From Candidatus Levyibacteriota bacterium (GTDB taxonomy: Bacteria; Patescibacteriota; Microgenomatia; Levybacterales; UBA12049), in contig JAUSEW010000018.1 of NCBI GenBank assembly GCA_030651475.1, forward strand, positions 1 through 49,022: a DNA stretch of 49,022 nt, read 5' to 3'. Positions 48,974 through 49,022 of this stretch are shown here, piece after piece. Position 1 is the stretch's first letter. Every line of letters begins with the position of its first letter. A program made the translations under genes and the position numbers. Under the pieces are notes generated by a model that saw only the letters and a program-made list of their open reading frames with translations, had not been told where the DNA came from and ran no database searches.

Positions 48974-49022
48974 ATGCCAAATAAAAAAGATTACTATGAA
49001 ATTTTAGGGGTTGCTAAATCTG
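48974..49022 (+). CDS. dnaJ: DnaJ, N-terminal fragment at the window edge
   Basis: MPNKKDYYEILGVAKS; position after dnaK. Confidence 0.85.
   Translation, partial: MPNKKDYYEILGVAKS

Overview
AT-rich, densely coded bacterial chromosome segment using standard code 11 (TGA acts as a stop in several ATGA overlaps). Gene content and style (short TpiA/HrcA/PcrA, many GT-C membrane glycosyltransferases, PilN/PilO, FemAB, TrpR/YerC-like HTH, few SD sites) suggest a Patescibacteria/CPR genome, probably Microgenomates; this is inference. Core genes: sugar operon (pfkB-fba-rpiB-glycerate kinase), NiSOD sodN-sodX, pcrA, tpiA, LCP, a large envelope/glycosylation region, rpsT, murJ, lepA, groES/EL, tatD, mgtA, metG, hrcA-grpE-dnaK-(orphan)-dnaJ. 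Two accessory islets: murJ-lepA (MazEF, PIN pair, excalibur protein, controller-like HTH) and tatD-metG. The most unusual signals lie below gene level. (1) About a dozen imperfect 7-bp tandem micro-arrays sit in-frame inside unrelated proteins, one heptamer family recurring in three genes. (2) A REP-like palindrome family occurs between genes and in-frame in genes, twice nested in heptamer arrays and once rewriting a toxin/antitoxin overlap. (3) Decayed copies of the metG 3' end separate single-gene cassettes, one a TrpR-like gene bracketed by two perfect palindromes with a compensatory change. No rRNA, tRNA, CRISPR array, transposase or integrase was recognised. All calls are by eye, without database searches.
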